A stretch of DNA of 64,000 bases, taken from positions 297,288 through 361,287 of the forward strand of contig CAVWHX010000007.1 in the NCBI GenBank assembly GCA_963754925.1, read 5' to 3'. The notes beneath the pieces are model-generated. The model did no database searches and was not told the origin of the DNA. It worked only from the letters and a program-made list of their open reading frames with translations. Position 1 is the first letter of the stretch. Each line of letters starts with the position of its first letter. This stretch comes from an uncultured delta proteobacterium. Its GTDB lineage: Bacteria > Myxococcota > B64-G9. Positions 52,884 to 64,000 of the stretch are shown piece after piece. The translations under genes were made by a program, and so were the position numbers.

Positions 52884-54776
52884 TTACCGATAGTCCCTCG
52901 GAACCTCGGGCGGCAGTATCGAAACATCCACCGGAATATAAGCGAACTTCGGCCCATCGCGGTGGTAGGTAGCGACCGTGGTCTTAAGCCATCGGTCATT
53001 GTTGGCTTTCCATCGAGCCGCATATTCCTCGAATTCCGGACTGCCTGCGAACTTGCCCTCGGGTACTTTGATCTCAAACGCGGGCTTGAAATGCGAACCG
53101 CGGCACTCATCGCGCAGGCGCGCGCCGGTGGCTATCACTTCGGCCAAGACGATCATATCGTAAATTTGCCGCGCCCAGATGAGCGATTGATTCGCTCGCT
53201 GACCGCGGTCATCGAGCGAGATTCGGCTACAACGATCCTTGAGGCCACGGATCACCTCGATCGCCCGGTCGAGATCCGGATTGGTGCGTTCGACAAAAAC
53301 ATGCGTTTGCATGGTCTCGCCGAGCTCGCGATGCAGGGCAAAGGGGTTCTCGATCCCGTTTGCGCGGAGGAACTGTTGGTTTATTTCCATCTGGCGTTTC
53401 GTTTCGACTTCAAAACACCGATCCGCAACGGATCCACTTGTTTTGGTGAGGCCTTTGGTATAGACGGCCACCGAGCTTCCCGCGGTAAACCCGCTGAAAC
53501 TCGCCGAGAGCAGCGAATTGGCGCCCAGGCGGTTGGCACCGTGGTAGGCGCTATCGCACTCGCCGCAGGCATACAGCCCCGGAATCGTGGTTGCGTGGTT
53601 GCGGGGGTGAACGGGTTTCATCCCGTTGGTCTTCCCGTCCTTCTCGTAGCTGACCAAAAGCCCCCCCATCGAGTAGTGCATGCTCGGATAGACCTTCATC
53701 GGACGGACGAAGGGATCCTCGCCGGAGAACGTTTGGTACATCTCGAGAATGCCGCCCAATCGTTCCTCGAGGAACTTACGCGGCAAGTGGGTCAGGTCGA
53801 GGTAGACCATGTCCATTCCGCCGACTCCAAGACCCATGTGCTTCACGGCCTTGTTAATGGCGCGTGAGGCCACGTCCCGCGGCACCGTGTTGCCATAGGT
53901 CGGATACCACTCTTCGAGAAAATAAAAACGTTCGGCATTCGGAATCGTAATCGGATCCCGAGCATCGCCGGGCGTTCGCGGCACCCAGATGCGCCCGCCG
54001 TCGCCGCGGCAGGCTTCGGACATCAAACGCAACTTGTCATGGCCGAGCATGCCGGTTGGGTGAAACTGGACAAATTCGCCGTTGGCGAACGCGGCGCCTT
54101 GCTGATAGCAGCGCGAGGCCGCAGCGCCGGTTGCGTTTGTCGACATGGTCGATCGACCCCAGATCATTCCCAGGCCGCCGCTCGCCAGGATGACCGCTTC
54201 GCCGCGAAACGCCTGGACCTGCATATCGTCGAGATTCACGGCGACAATACCCCGACAGATGCCCTGGTCATCCAGAACCAATGAAAGGAATTCCCAGTTT
54301 TCGTATTTGGTTATTTTTCCTTCCGACTCGTATCGCCGCACCTGCTCATCAACGGAATAGAGCAGCTGTTGGCCGGTCGTGCCGCCGGCAAATGCCGTCC
54401 GGCGTTTTTTCACCCCGCCAAACAAGCGCTGATCGATAATCCCTTCCGGGGTGCGGTTGAACGTTACGCCCATGCGAGCGTACAGGTGAATAAGTTCAGG
54501 GGCGTATTCAACCATGCTCTTGACCGGCGGTTGATCCGCCAGGTAATCGCCGCCCTTAATGGTGTCAACGAGGTGCTCCCACAGCGAATCGTTCTCTCCT
54601 TTGACGTCGAGCACCGCATTGATGCCGCCTTGAGCGCAACATGAGTGCGACCGTCTCACCGCAAAAAGCGAGAACAAATCGACCTGGCAGCCGCCGTCGG
54701 CCGCGCGCAGGGCGGCCCACAAACCGCCCAGACCCCCGCCGACGATGATCACCTTGAGCGTTGCCCGTGTGGCCAT
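52884..54776 (-). CDS. sdhA: Succinate dehydrogenase flavoprotein subunit
   Basis: RSHSCCAQGG, QFHPT, HYSMGG, HGANRLGANSL; TAATG coupling with sdhC. Confidence 0.95.
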   Translation of the reverse strand: MATRATLKVIIVGGGLGGLWAALRAADGGCQVDLFSLFAVRRSHSCCAQGGINAVLDVKGENDSLWEHLVDTIKGGDYLADQPPVKSMVEYAPELIHLYARMGVTFNRTPEGIIDQRLFGGVKKRRTAFAGGTTGQQLLYSVDEQVRRYESEGKITKYENWEFLSLVLDDQGICRGIVAVNLDDMQVQAFRGEAVILASGGLGMIWGRSTMSTNATGAAASRCYQQGAAFANGEFVQFHPTGMLGHDKLRLMSEACRGDGGRIWVPRTPGDARDPITIPNAERFYFLEEWYPTYGNTVPRDVASRAINKAVKHMGLGVGGMDMVYLDLTHLPRKFLEERLGGILEMYQTFSGEDPFVRPMKVYPSMHYSMGGLLVSYEKDGKTNGMKPVHPRNHATTIPGLYACGECDSAYHGANRLGANSLLSASFSGFTAGSSVAVYTKGLTKTSGSVADRCFEVETKRQMEINQQFLRANGIENPFALHRELGETMQTHVFVERTNPDLDRAIEVIRGLKDRCSRISLDDRGQRANQSLIWARQIYDMIVLAEVIATGARLRDECRGSHFKPAFEIKVPEGKFAGSPEFEEYAARWKANNDRWLKTTVATYHRDGPKFAYIPVDVSILPPEVPRDYR

Positions 54777-55438
54777 TAGAAGAACCTTTGGTTGAAACCC
54801 CATAGTGCGTGGAAACCAAGTGACGTCATCAGCACAAAGATTCCCATGCAGACCCAGTTCGACACGCGTTGAGCGCGCGGGTGGGTGCTGACGCCCCAAG
54901 TGATTCCGAATAACCACAGTCCGTTGGAAAAGTGAAAGGCCGCGCCGGCGATGCCTACGAGATAGAACACGACGTTGATCGGATCACTGAAGATGTCCTG
55001 CATGCGCCCAAACAGATTGTCGGCGATCGCCTGATGCAGTCCGGCCGCGACGCGGGTCGTGTGCACATGCCACAGAATAAACACGAATGTGGAAATGGCG
55101 GTGATGCGCTGGAATAGGTAGCGCCCGTTGGCGCCGTACCGGTATCGCGAGACATTGGACTTGCCCTGCCACCAAATCACTATCCCATAGATTCCATGAA
55201 ACAGAATCATCGCGCCGAGCACTATCTCGATCAACAGTTTGTAATTAAGAAGATTGTCAACGCCAACCACCACATGCTCGTTGAAAAAACTGGCTCCCTT
55301 GCGGGACATGGAGTTTTCCCAAAGGTGAAAACATAAAAACATACTCAGCGGAACCAGGCCCGTCAGCGAATGAAGCTTTCTTGACAGATAATGGACATTG
55401 AAAGAATCCGCCACCACCGCCTCCCGATGTTGAGGCAT
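54776..55438 (-). CDS. sdhC: Succinate dehydrogenase cytochrome b558 subunit
   Basis: KLHSLTG, FHL, FHG, QRIT, FHFSNG; five TM helices. Confidence 0.92.
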   Translation of the reverse strand: MPQHREAVVADSFNVHYLSRKLHSLTGLVPLSMFLCFHLWENSMSRKGASFFNEHVVVGVDNLLNYKLLIEIVLGAMILFHGIYGIVIWWQGKSNVSRYRYGANGRYLFQRITAISTFVFILWHVHTTRVAAGLHQAIADNLFGRMQDIFSDPINVVFYLVGIAGAAFHFSNGLWLFGITWGVSTHPRAQRVSNWVCMGIFVLMTSLGFHALWGFNQRFF

Positions 55439-56211
55439 TATAGCCGACGCCTCGCGAAATTCAAGGTTCGCGCAAATCTTTTACCAAATAACCAATCCAG
55501 GGTCGAGTACATTGATTCAACCAAGAGCGGCAGTGTCGTATCCGACAAACACGGAAACCGATTCGGCGCCGGCGCCTGCCACAGCCGGTGATTCCGACGA
55601 TTGAGCACGGTAAGCAATACCCGTCCACGCCTTAGATTTACCAATACCAGCGGAAAGAGTCGACAGGCAATTGGCTGCAGATCACTAATAGCAACGCCAA
55701 CAGCCCGGGAGACCGCATAGAGGTGACAGCGGATCCTCCCCCGATCATCGATTGCCGAGAACACGCAACGTTGCTGTGGTCGACGCAGGTAGCCTTCGAC
55801 ATCCAGCCAAAACGCAGGTGGGGCACCCTTCTGGTTCGTTATCAATCTCATAAGTCGCGGCTCGAACCGTCCCACGGTTTCCTTGAGAATGAGGCCGAAG
55901 CGCTTCAGACGCAAGCGTTCCCCCGCTGTTAATGGCACTTCAAGATCTGCACAGCAGCTACGCCACCGCCCTCTTTTCGGGTGGGGCGCACATCGATCGG
56001 GAACGCAAGAAAAATGAGCGGTAAGCACCGAGCGATCGACCAACACTCCACCGACATCGAGTATCGCACCGACTCTCATCAAAGCGACCATCCAACGATT
56101 AAAATACTCGTCGGTTTTGCAATCTGGTTCTCCGCTATCTGTGTTCGGAGAATACAACCAACGTCTTACCGCCGGGTCCATGGTTGAAAGAAAATCCATT
56201 CGAGGTGACAT
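55438..56211 (-). CDS. DUF3109-like Cys-rich protein
   Basis: FSC...SCC...CVF...C...PIACRLFPL. Confidence 0.7.
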   Translation of the reverse strand: MSPRMDFLSTMDPAVRRWLYSPNTDSGEPDCKTDEYFNRWMVALMRVGAILDVGGVLVDRSVLTAHFSCVPDRCAPHPKRGRWRSCCADLEVPLTAGERLRLKRFGLILKETVGRFEPRLMRLITNQKGAPPAFWLDVEGYLRRPQQRCVFSAIDDRGRIRCHLYAVSRAVGVAISDLQPIACRLFPLVLVNLRRGRVLLTVLNRRNHRLWQAPAPNRFPCLSDTTLPLLVESMYSTLDWLFGKRFARTLNFARRRL

Positions 56212-56289
56212 TTAACCCGTAACAACAAGTTTTTCAACTATATTAATTGAATCGTAACTCTCAAGGCGGTTAAAAATATTCAAAAATAC

Positions 56290-56318
56290 TTGACCTGGGC
56301 TTGGTATGACTATATCCT
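56290..56318 (+). promoter_or_regulatory. Putative sigma70 promoter
   Basis: TTGACC-N17-TATCCT upstream of the PilZ gene. Confidence 0.5.
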
Positions 56319-56346
56319 ACATGTCGTACCATTCGAGGAGAAAATC

Positions 56347-56688
56347 ATGAATTTTGAAAACAGACGCGCGAGGGAGAGAGCTACCGTCAATCTAACCGTG
56401 GGTGAGACACGCACCAACCGATATACGGTACCCGTTTTAGCGAACATCAGCGATGAAGCTGCCTATATTGAGGGCCCCTACGACGATGATTACGGTTACT
56501 TCTCGGAACCAATACTAGAGATAATGCTACCCGGGGTGCCTGAAATAATTTGGGCACGCTGTCAGGTTGTGCGCGAAAATACGTCAGGTTTTTTCCATGG
56601 GCGGGCTCTTCGTTTTGTTGAAATATCGCCTCTTCATCGTCATTACCTGCGAAGCTATATCCAACAGAATCGATGTCTAGAAAATTAA
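56347..56688 (+). CDS. PilZ-domain protein
   Basis: RRARER (RxxxR), NISDEA, ALRF. Confidence 0.8.
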   Translation: MNFENRRARERATVNLTVGETRTNRYTVPVLANISDEAAYIEGPYDDDYGYFSEPILEIMLPGVPEIIWARCQVVRENTSGFFHGRALRFVEISPLHRHYLRSYIQQNRCLEN

Positions 56689-56691
56689 TGA

Positions 56692-56809
56692 TGTCACGTC
56701 GCGTTGGTTTTAGTCTTCGAACAGGGGGGTATGCCGGGTGGTTCAGTTAGAGTCGCCCGGCATCTAACCTGTTCTTGATTTCAATGAATCAACGGCTCAG
56801 AAGTTGACA
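56692..56809. other. Long bulged hairpin (possible structured RNA or terminator element)
   Basis: Nested stems TGTCA/TGACA, CGTTGGTT/AATCAACG, GAACAGG/CCTGTTC, ATGCCGGG/CCCGGCAT. Confidence 0.5.
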
Positions 56810-56839
56810 CTTTGATCCGTATCATGGTACCTCATAAAT

Positions 56840-58269
56840 ATGAAAACCGCTTCGATTACAGAGAAGTGGGATTTCGTATGCTACCTATTAGTTGGGTTCT
56901 TTTTCAGCTCCTGTCATCTTCCGTTTAGTACGCGATCAGATACGATAGACATCAACCAACCAATCATCAGCACAGGCTCAGCCGGCACATTCGAACAAGC
57001 CGAGCAGAACGTCCGGGCGGATCTCAAACAACGGATACACGAACGACTTCGAGGAGCTCCTAAAAAAGTTCTCGATCAGATGACAGAACTTGCTCTTAGA
57101 GAAATCCATACGTCGGCCAGTTGGTTTTCGTCGGAAAGAAATCGGTTTGTCGTGACGGCGCGTATCGATATTAGTTCGGTTCTCAATAATCTCGTTGATC
57201 AATCCCGTCGAACGTATGATGCCTACGTACAACAACTCGACCAAGCTGAGAAGCTGCTCGCGGATGGCTCCGACGGCTACGGTGCTCTGACTCTGATTCT
57301 TAAAAGCTTCAACAACCTCAATGAAATAGAAGAAAAGATGACCTTAATCAAAGCGCTCGATCCTCAGAGCCCGTTGTTCATCGTAACGCCATCGAGGGAA
57401 GAACTCATCAAGCGTGCGTTGAACTGGATATCAGAAATTGAAATACGGACGGCTTTTGGCAACGACCAATACCTTTCATTGGGACAGTCGTTGGCCATGC
57501 CGATTGGGCTTTGGATACTTTGGTTGCACGAGGGAAAAGCAGTTGCTTTGGCAGGCCTTCCCGTTCGTTTCTCTTTATCGCCGGAATGGTTGAAAAACCA
57601 TTGGCTATAACTACAACTAACGCGCTGGGAATCGCCAGCGCTCACCTTTCCTATATACCCAATCCCGGCGGTACGTTGCTGGCCGGCGTAGACGTCCGGA
57701 GCATCTTGTCTGAGGCCAATATACCGGCGGATGAACGTTACCCGCAAGACATCAAAGAACATCTCGAAGCCATTCAAACTCCATTTCAATGGCACCTCCA
57801 AGACAGCAACGTTTTACGGGTGGTATTATTCATCAATGAGACCATCGCAAAACAACTCCAAGCATTCGATCAAGCGGAGTCTGTCAAGGAACTCATGACC
57901 ATGTTGGAAAATGAAGGTTACTACCTTCAAGTATCAGGCGAGCTATCCGACGCACATCAATCGCACACACCCGAACAGTTGGCTGCGTACTTTAGAAATA
58001 GGGCAGACGTTATTATCGTCGGTCAAGTCGACTCAGAAGTGGAACGGACCGTTGCAGAAGGATTGGTCTTTGCCCAGACAAAGGGCAAGATTCAGGTCGT
58101 CAACGTTCCCAACGGAACGGTGATTGGTAGTTTTGAAGATTCGTGCAAAGGCGCTGGTCAAGATGCCTATGGCGCCCAATTGCGATCCATTATCAACTTC
58201 TCGCAAAAAGCCAAATCAATCATCAATAAAACACTTAGAGATCAAAGCGCAGCCGCTACCTCACCTTGA
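56840..58269 (+). CDS. Hypothetical lipoprotein, frameshift near 57590
   Basis: FSSC lipobox; ORFs 56840..57610 and 57511..58269 join (GLPVRF...TTTNALGIA). Confidence 0.65.
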
Positions 58270-58486
58270 AACATTACAAACCAGTTGAATAATTTCCGGC
58301 TAAAAGGTGGCTACCAAAATACACACCTGTGAACAAATCTCTACAGATTACCTGTTTTTTTATCCTCATGAGTAACCGTGTCTCTTCTGGCATATAACGC
58401 CACTCTTCGAGTTATCATTTTGTTATATAAATATATTTTTTTACTGTCGAACTTTTTTTTGTCGGATGGACCTAAAAGTTAATTTT

Positions 58487-58502
58487 TGGCACGGGTGTTG
58501 CT
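58487..58502 (+). promoter_or_regulatory. Sigma54 promoter
   Basis: TGGCACGGGTGTTGCT, consensus match. Confidence 0.75.
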
Positions 58503-58699
58503 GCTACCCCACATCGGCAACTTATTTCGATGAGAGGTCAATATAACGATAGCGAGCGCAAAAAAAATAAAAGTTGAATTGTTTCAAAAAGTTGTAAGTT
58601 TGTTTATATAAGTTGTAAGTTTTTTTAATTATAGATAGATTTCGTTCTTGGCATCTTGAGTTAGACAAGAATAGGGCGCCAAGCCGAGGAGCGATTTAG

Positions 58700-60450
58700 A
58701 TGGCAGAGATCTCACAACTACCCATTGCACATCTGATAAGTCCAGATACGCTTGCGGTTCGCTACGATAACTTGATAGAAATGTTGGAAAAAGCAGTGAC
58801 ACGTGATCGCCCGGCTATCACATTTTTGGATCGCGAAAACAATGAAAATAATAGAACACACAATGAGTTACTTGAAGGAGCGAGCGTTGTCGCTACCTAC
58901 CTCAGAAACCGCGGGCTCAGGCGCGGTGACAAAGTTATTTTGTTGCTTCTCACTAGCGAGCACTTTACCGATTCATTTTTTGGGACAATCCTTGCCGGTG
59001 GAATACCCGTGCCGTGCAGTCCACCGATGACGTTCGGGGATATCAATAAATACCTCCATAATCTCAGTCATATCGTCAGTAATTCCGAGGCGCGATTCCT
59101 GATTACCTTCCCGCGAATCATTAAGGTTATCGGAAATATTCTGGCCGAGAACACCAATCTCAAAGAGCTTATTCTTGCGAAAGATATAGTCAGGGAGGCA
59201 CCTCTCAACCCAGGCTTTCCCTCCATCGATGGCAACGACCCGGCGTTCTTTCAGTATACTTCTGGAAGCACCGGTATGCCAAAAGGGGTGGTCCTTACTC
59301 ATCGCGCGTTATTATCCAACATAGATGGAATCATCAAGGCCATCAACTGTGGACCGACCAATACCTGTGTGTCGTGGCTGCCTCTTTTCCACGATATGGG
59401 ATTGATCGGGAGTATGCTGAGTGCTTTGTATGGAGAAGCCCACCTATACACGATGCTTCCCGAATCGTTCATCATGAACCCTATTCGCTGGTTGCAAAAT
59501 ATCACCAGGTACGGTGCGACGATTGCGGTTGCGCCCAATTTTGCCTACCACATTTGCGCCAGCAGAATTGGTAACGACCAACTCAAAACCATCAATCTCA
59601 ACAGCCTCAGAGTAGCTTTGAACGGTGCGGAACCGATTGACCTGCGGACTTTGAAGATCTTTGAGGATAAGTTCGGACCGTGTGGCTATAAGAATACCGT
59701 TAGTTTCCCCGTCTATGGAATGGCGGAAAACTGTTTAGCCGCAACATTTCCAAAGCTCAACTCACGCTTTGAGGTCGAACCCATAGATCGCGTCCAAATG
59801 GAGGTTGACGGTATTGCGCGTCAAGCCCACAAGGAAGATTTCTTCCCCTTTCAAGCGGTGTCAGTCGGCGCTCCTTTGGCAGGACAGGAAGTGGCTATCC
59901 AAAAGGAAAGCGGATTCGCCGTTGAATGTGAAGTTGGTGAGATCTTGGTCAAAAGCCCTTCGTTGATGCAGGGCTATTACCACAATGAAGAAGAAACCAA
60001 ACGGGTGCTAAAAAACGGTTGGTTGCATACCGGCGACCTCGGATTCATTCATCGCGGGCGCCTCTTCATCACCGGCCGCGCCAAGGAAATGATCATCAAA
60101 CGCGGCCGCAATTACTACCCGTACGATATCGAACGAGCGGCTTCTAATGTTACTGGTGTCCGAAAGGGTTGCCTGGCGGCTTTTTCTATCCCCAATCCCA
60201 ATGCTGGCACCGAAGATCTGGTCGTCGTGGTCGAAAGCCGTGAAACCGATGAGACCGCCCGCAGGCAGATGGAACAACGTATCGCGGGCGAAATCCTCAG
60301 CGCCGTTGGAATCAAACCCGATAAAGTACTCCTGGTTCCGCCGCGCAGTATTCCCAAGACCTCAAGCGGTAAGTTGCAACGGTTGCTGTGTCGCCAGTAC
60401 TACCTGAATGGCACACTCGTCAAAGACACCTCGGACCGGTGGATAACTCC
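58700..60450 (+). CDS. Fatty acyl-AMP ligase (FAAL); native 3' end replaced at a junction
   Basis: FQYTSGSTGMPKG, SWLPLFHDMGLIG, YGMAEN, TGDLG, PKTSSGKLQR. Confidence 0.9.
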
Positions 60451-60813
60451 ATTACTGTATAAAGGTGGTATTTTAAACGCTTGGAAAGAAAAGACAGCAG
60501 TGGCGCTTGATGAAGGTTTTTTCGCCACACTTCCGGAATTGAAAGAAGTAGATCCGAAACAAGCGGATATTATATGGTTAGTCTATAAACTTACTTTTAA
60601 CATGAATGAGAAATTATATACATTGGAGAGGGTCAAAAAACGGTTTATACTCTTTTCAACGAATCACTGGACCAGATAGCTAGGCCTGAAGTCGGTTCTC
60701 CTGATGATTTCATTGACAAGCTGCAGGAGAAGCTGGACGAAAAGCTAGATGACAATCTGCCGGAAACAAAAACAATAGACGTAGAGGAGCTTGGAAACAG
60801 TGGTGCAGTTTAA
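60451..60813 (+). pseudogene. 3' fragment of a NotI-family restriction endonuclease-like gene (frameshift ~60640)
   Basis: LLYKGGILNAW...FFATLP...ADIIWLVY, continuing VYTLFNESL...LQEKLDEKL to TAA 60813; adjacent to a methyltransferase. Confidence 0.6.
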
Positions 60814-61683
60814 GTCAAGTGAATTAACAAATTTGAATAGAGTTGTGAATGTCGCATCAGTACCACAACGAAGTCCGTTTCGCTACCCGGGCGGCAAGAC
60901 GTGGTTAGTTCCGCAAATCAGGTCATGGTTGAATAGCCAACCCAAAAGGCCTAGTCTGTTTGTTGAGCCGTTTGTCGGAGGTGGCATTGTCGGTTTGACG
61001 GTAGCTTTTGAGGGGCTTGCAGATCGAGTCTTAATGGTCGAATTAGATGAACAGGTGGCCAGCGTTTGGAAAGCTCTACTTGGGGGAGATGCCGAGCTGG
61101 TTAGCAGATCGAACTCTCAGGTTTCGAAATGACCCCAGAATCACTATCTGAAGAACTCAATAAGAATGATGACTCCTTTAAGGCAGACTGCCTTTAAAAC
61201 TTTGCTCCGAAATCGTACCAATCATGGCGGAATCATGGCCCCCGGAGCGGGTCTCATCAAATATGGAGAGCAGTGGAAAAGGAATTAATTCCCGTTGGTA
61301 TCCCCAGACTTTAGCCCAACGGATACGCAATATCGGAAAAATTAGCAATAGGATAGACTTTATTTCAAGGAGACGGGGATGGCAATCATCCAGAAAATAC
61401 GTGGAACCAGTCGGAGGTGGTTTTCTTTATTGATCCACCTTATACAGCAGCTGGGAAGAAGGCCGGCACCCGCCTTTATACCCACAATGGACTCGATCAT
61501 GAAGAACTTTTTGCCATGGCGGAGAAGATCAAAGGCGATTTCCTGATGACTTACGATAATGCCGTCGGTGTCCGTAACATGGCCGAAAGTCATGGATTCG
61601 AGGTAGTTGAGATCGCTATGAAAAATACCCATAATGCCAATATGAGTGAATTTATTGATTGGAAAAGACCTAGGCTGGGCTAG
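60791..61683 (+). pseudogene. D12-class N6-adenine DNA methyltransferase (Dam-like), multiple frameshifts
   Basis: SPFRYPGGKTW, VEPFVGGG, IDPPY, LMTYDN in separate frames. Confidence 0.85.
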
Positions 61684-62009
61684 GAGCAGGAATTCTTTAT
61701 TTTAAAATAATATTGGCTGATCGTAATGTTGAGCGTCCTGCCGGTAAGCTCTAATCTTTAATAATCTTTTAATCTCGTCGCTTATTCAAGGTTCCTGGCC
61801 ATTACTTGTCCAACTAGGAGATGCTGTTAAAGAATTAGCCATGGCCATGCAGTAACTACTTAAGGTATCAATCGCCGATTTAAGTCCATGTTTTTGGTAT
61901 TTCCCCACACAACCACCGACCGCAGATTTCCCACATTTCTATAGGTTTTAAAAGCTGACTCTCCAACTACTCTTATTTCTCTGATAATCTTCTAAGGTTA
62001 GAATGTGGA

Positions 62010-64000
62010 TTACAGTCCGAATTTCTTGAAAGCCTGGTATTTAGGGAAAATCTATAGCCAGAGTAAATATTGCTGAAAACCCCAGGATAAAAAGGACCTG
62101 GAAGGGTGTAAGTGAGGTAACAAACACTGCCGTATATTACCTAATAAGGCAAAACCGATTATTCGCCGCTATGGTCGCGATTAGCAATTCCCTGCCCGGC
62201 AGTGACGACCAGAAATAGTTTCTTCTCTCAATATACACTCTAAATTGGCTGGTAAAAATAAGCATCAGCACCGTGAAAGTGCGGAGCTGCTCAAATTCTA
62301 AATGAAAGTAATGTCTGACCAATGAAAAGGGCGACCACTCCCTCAATAACTAGCAGGGCTCCAACCACTAGGGGATGCAAAGGTAATATTTCTCACGTTC
62401 CATTTATTCGGGTTAGCAGTGTGTTTTACGTTGTCGGTGGCCAGCGACATAGTGACAAAATCGTTGGCAAAAATTAATAGAACCATGCCCAGCAGCGATA
62501 TAACTAAGTCATGAAACCAGAAGAAGCCCACTGTAAGGAGACCAATGACCTGGATTACCTTCGTAACTTTATTTATCACCCAGGTTAACATTCGCTGGTA
62601 AATATGCCGGCTGGTTGTAATCGCGTCGACTATAACTCCTATTCCCGGTTCGGTTAAGACCATGCTGGCTGAGGCTTTGGCTACATCTGTGGCACTGCTC
62701 ACAGCTATCCCCATTTCAGCTTGCTTTAATAGCCGGGGCAATTATAAACCCCATCACCGGTCATGCCGACCATATGCCCTCTGGTCTTGAAGAAGCTTAA
62801 CGATTTTGTATTTGTCTTCTCGGTAGTATTTCAGCAAAGCCGTCAGATTCCTCAATCAACCTGGCTTGTTCTGTATCGCTTAACTTTCTGAAATCGTCCA
62901 TGCGGATAATTCTGGGAACCAATTGAGACCTGGCCGGTAATTTCTTTGGCTATCGCAATATTGTCTCCGGTAAGCATTAACGGTTTTACTCCCTGAGCTC
63001 TTTGGCTCCCTCAATCATCCTCTTTAGAGTCTGGCCGGGGAGGATCAGCGAGCGAGAGTAACCCCACTATCTGAATAATATTAATATCATCAGCCGCTGA
63101 CTCAGCGATGGCCAGCGTGCGGTATCCTTTGAGAGACAACTCTTCCACTGTTTGATTTGCTTTAGCTCCTGGTCGCTTCGTCGAGTCCCGGAGCAAAGCG
63201 ATATCACTATTTGGGGCGCTCCCTTTATAACCTTAAAGCGTTTACCTCCTGTACTAACTATGGCCTCAAATCTCTTGGTTGCAGGTTCAAAGGGTATGAA
63301 TGAAACAGTCTCAAAAAGTAGTCGGATTAAATTTTGCAGATCTGGAATATTCGAAAATTGCGGCATCTTATGGCATCCTTCCCGCGTTCTTGAGATGCCA
63401 GGCTGGCCATAACTATGACGTCTTCTTGAGTAAAACCGGCCAAAGGGAATGACTTCTCCGATTGAGAGTTTGTTCTGAGTTATAGTGCCGGCCTGATCCA
63501 GGCATAAAATATCGATTGGAGCTCCATCCTCAATCGAATCGAGTCTGGTTACCAGCACACCCCGCTTGGGCTAGCTCGGTGGCGCCTACTGATTGGACTA
63601 TTGTCTAGGACCGCGGGCAAAGCTACCGGAACTGCTCCCATGGAGAAAAATGACGGCAAAAGTCAGTATCGATAATATTCCTGTGCCGATTACTGGCGGC
63701 ATATGAAGCTACCAGAATCAAGGCGATTATACCCAGTATCATCATGATGCACCCGACGACGGACAGCATGATCTGCTCCTGATGAGACTTGGGTCTAGCG
63801 ATCTTAACTAATTGGGCAGTTTTACCGAAGTAGGTGCTCGCGCCCGTATTAACAACCAGGCACTGGGCTTCACCTCGTTTCACGATCGACCCTGAATAGA
63901 GAATTGCGGATGTTTGTGCATCTACCGGGGAAATAGACTCCCCGGTCAGGATGGATTGATCAATGGAAAGATCACCACTGACCAGTTTGGCATCTGCCGG
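62010..64000 (-). pseudogene. P-type ATPase, plasma-membrane H+-ATPase (IIIA) type, many frameshifts, 5' end off window
   Basis: LTGES, CLDQAGT (expected DKTGT), KGAPQ, DPPRPD, MTGDG, ATDVAK, IYQRM, NDFVTM. Confidence 0.85.

Noticed and set aside
52086..53867. 593 aa plus-strand ORF
   Set aside because: Antisense shadow of sdhAB; the same applies to most overlapping ORFs in GC-rich genes
63480..63510. Non-canonical DQAGT phosphorylation motif as novel ATPase chemistry
   Set aside because: Lies in a region dense with errors and frameshifts; most likely a miscalled or decayed DKTGT

Overview
A 64 kb bacterial window that looks like a Myxococcota/Deltaproteobacteria genome (inference from sigma54 promoters, PilZ/FHA proteins, a Cys-rich DVDCGG repeat, TIGR02265-like proteins and a fatty acyl-AMP ligase). 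It carries many single-base frameshifts, probably assembly or sequencing errors, and one likely chimeric junction near 60450. Main blocks: (i) a mosaic accessory region at 1-16.5 kb with msrAB, an ArsS-type arsenosugar operon lacking arsM, TMTC/TPR and GH3 genes, interspersed with four copies of an unannotated non-coding repeat of up to ~200 bp; (ii) a ~10 kb synthase-dependent polysaccharide cluster (27.9-37.8 kb): NodC/hyaluronan-synthase-like GT2, membrane-fusion-like and TolC-like proteins, a WbpA-type UDP-sugar dehydrogenase and two multidomain NodB deacetylases, enclosed by a 463 bp inverted repeat (462/463 identical) inside two genes that share an uncharacterised domain; (iii) housekeeping genes (DEAD helicase, hisS, CHAD/PPK2/SixA, queG, CapA-family, sdhCAB); (iv) a degraded end with a NotI-like restriction fragment, an adenine methyltransferase and a P-type ATPase. 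I found no rRNA, tRNA or CRISPR array. Family assignments come from motif recognition, not database searches.
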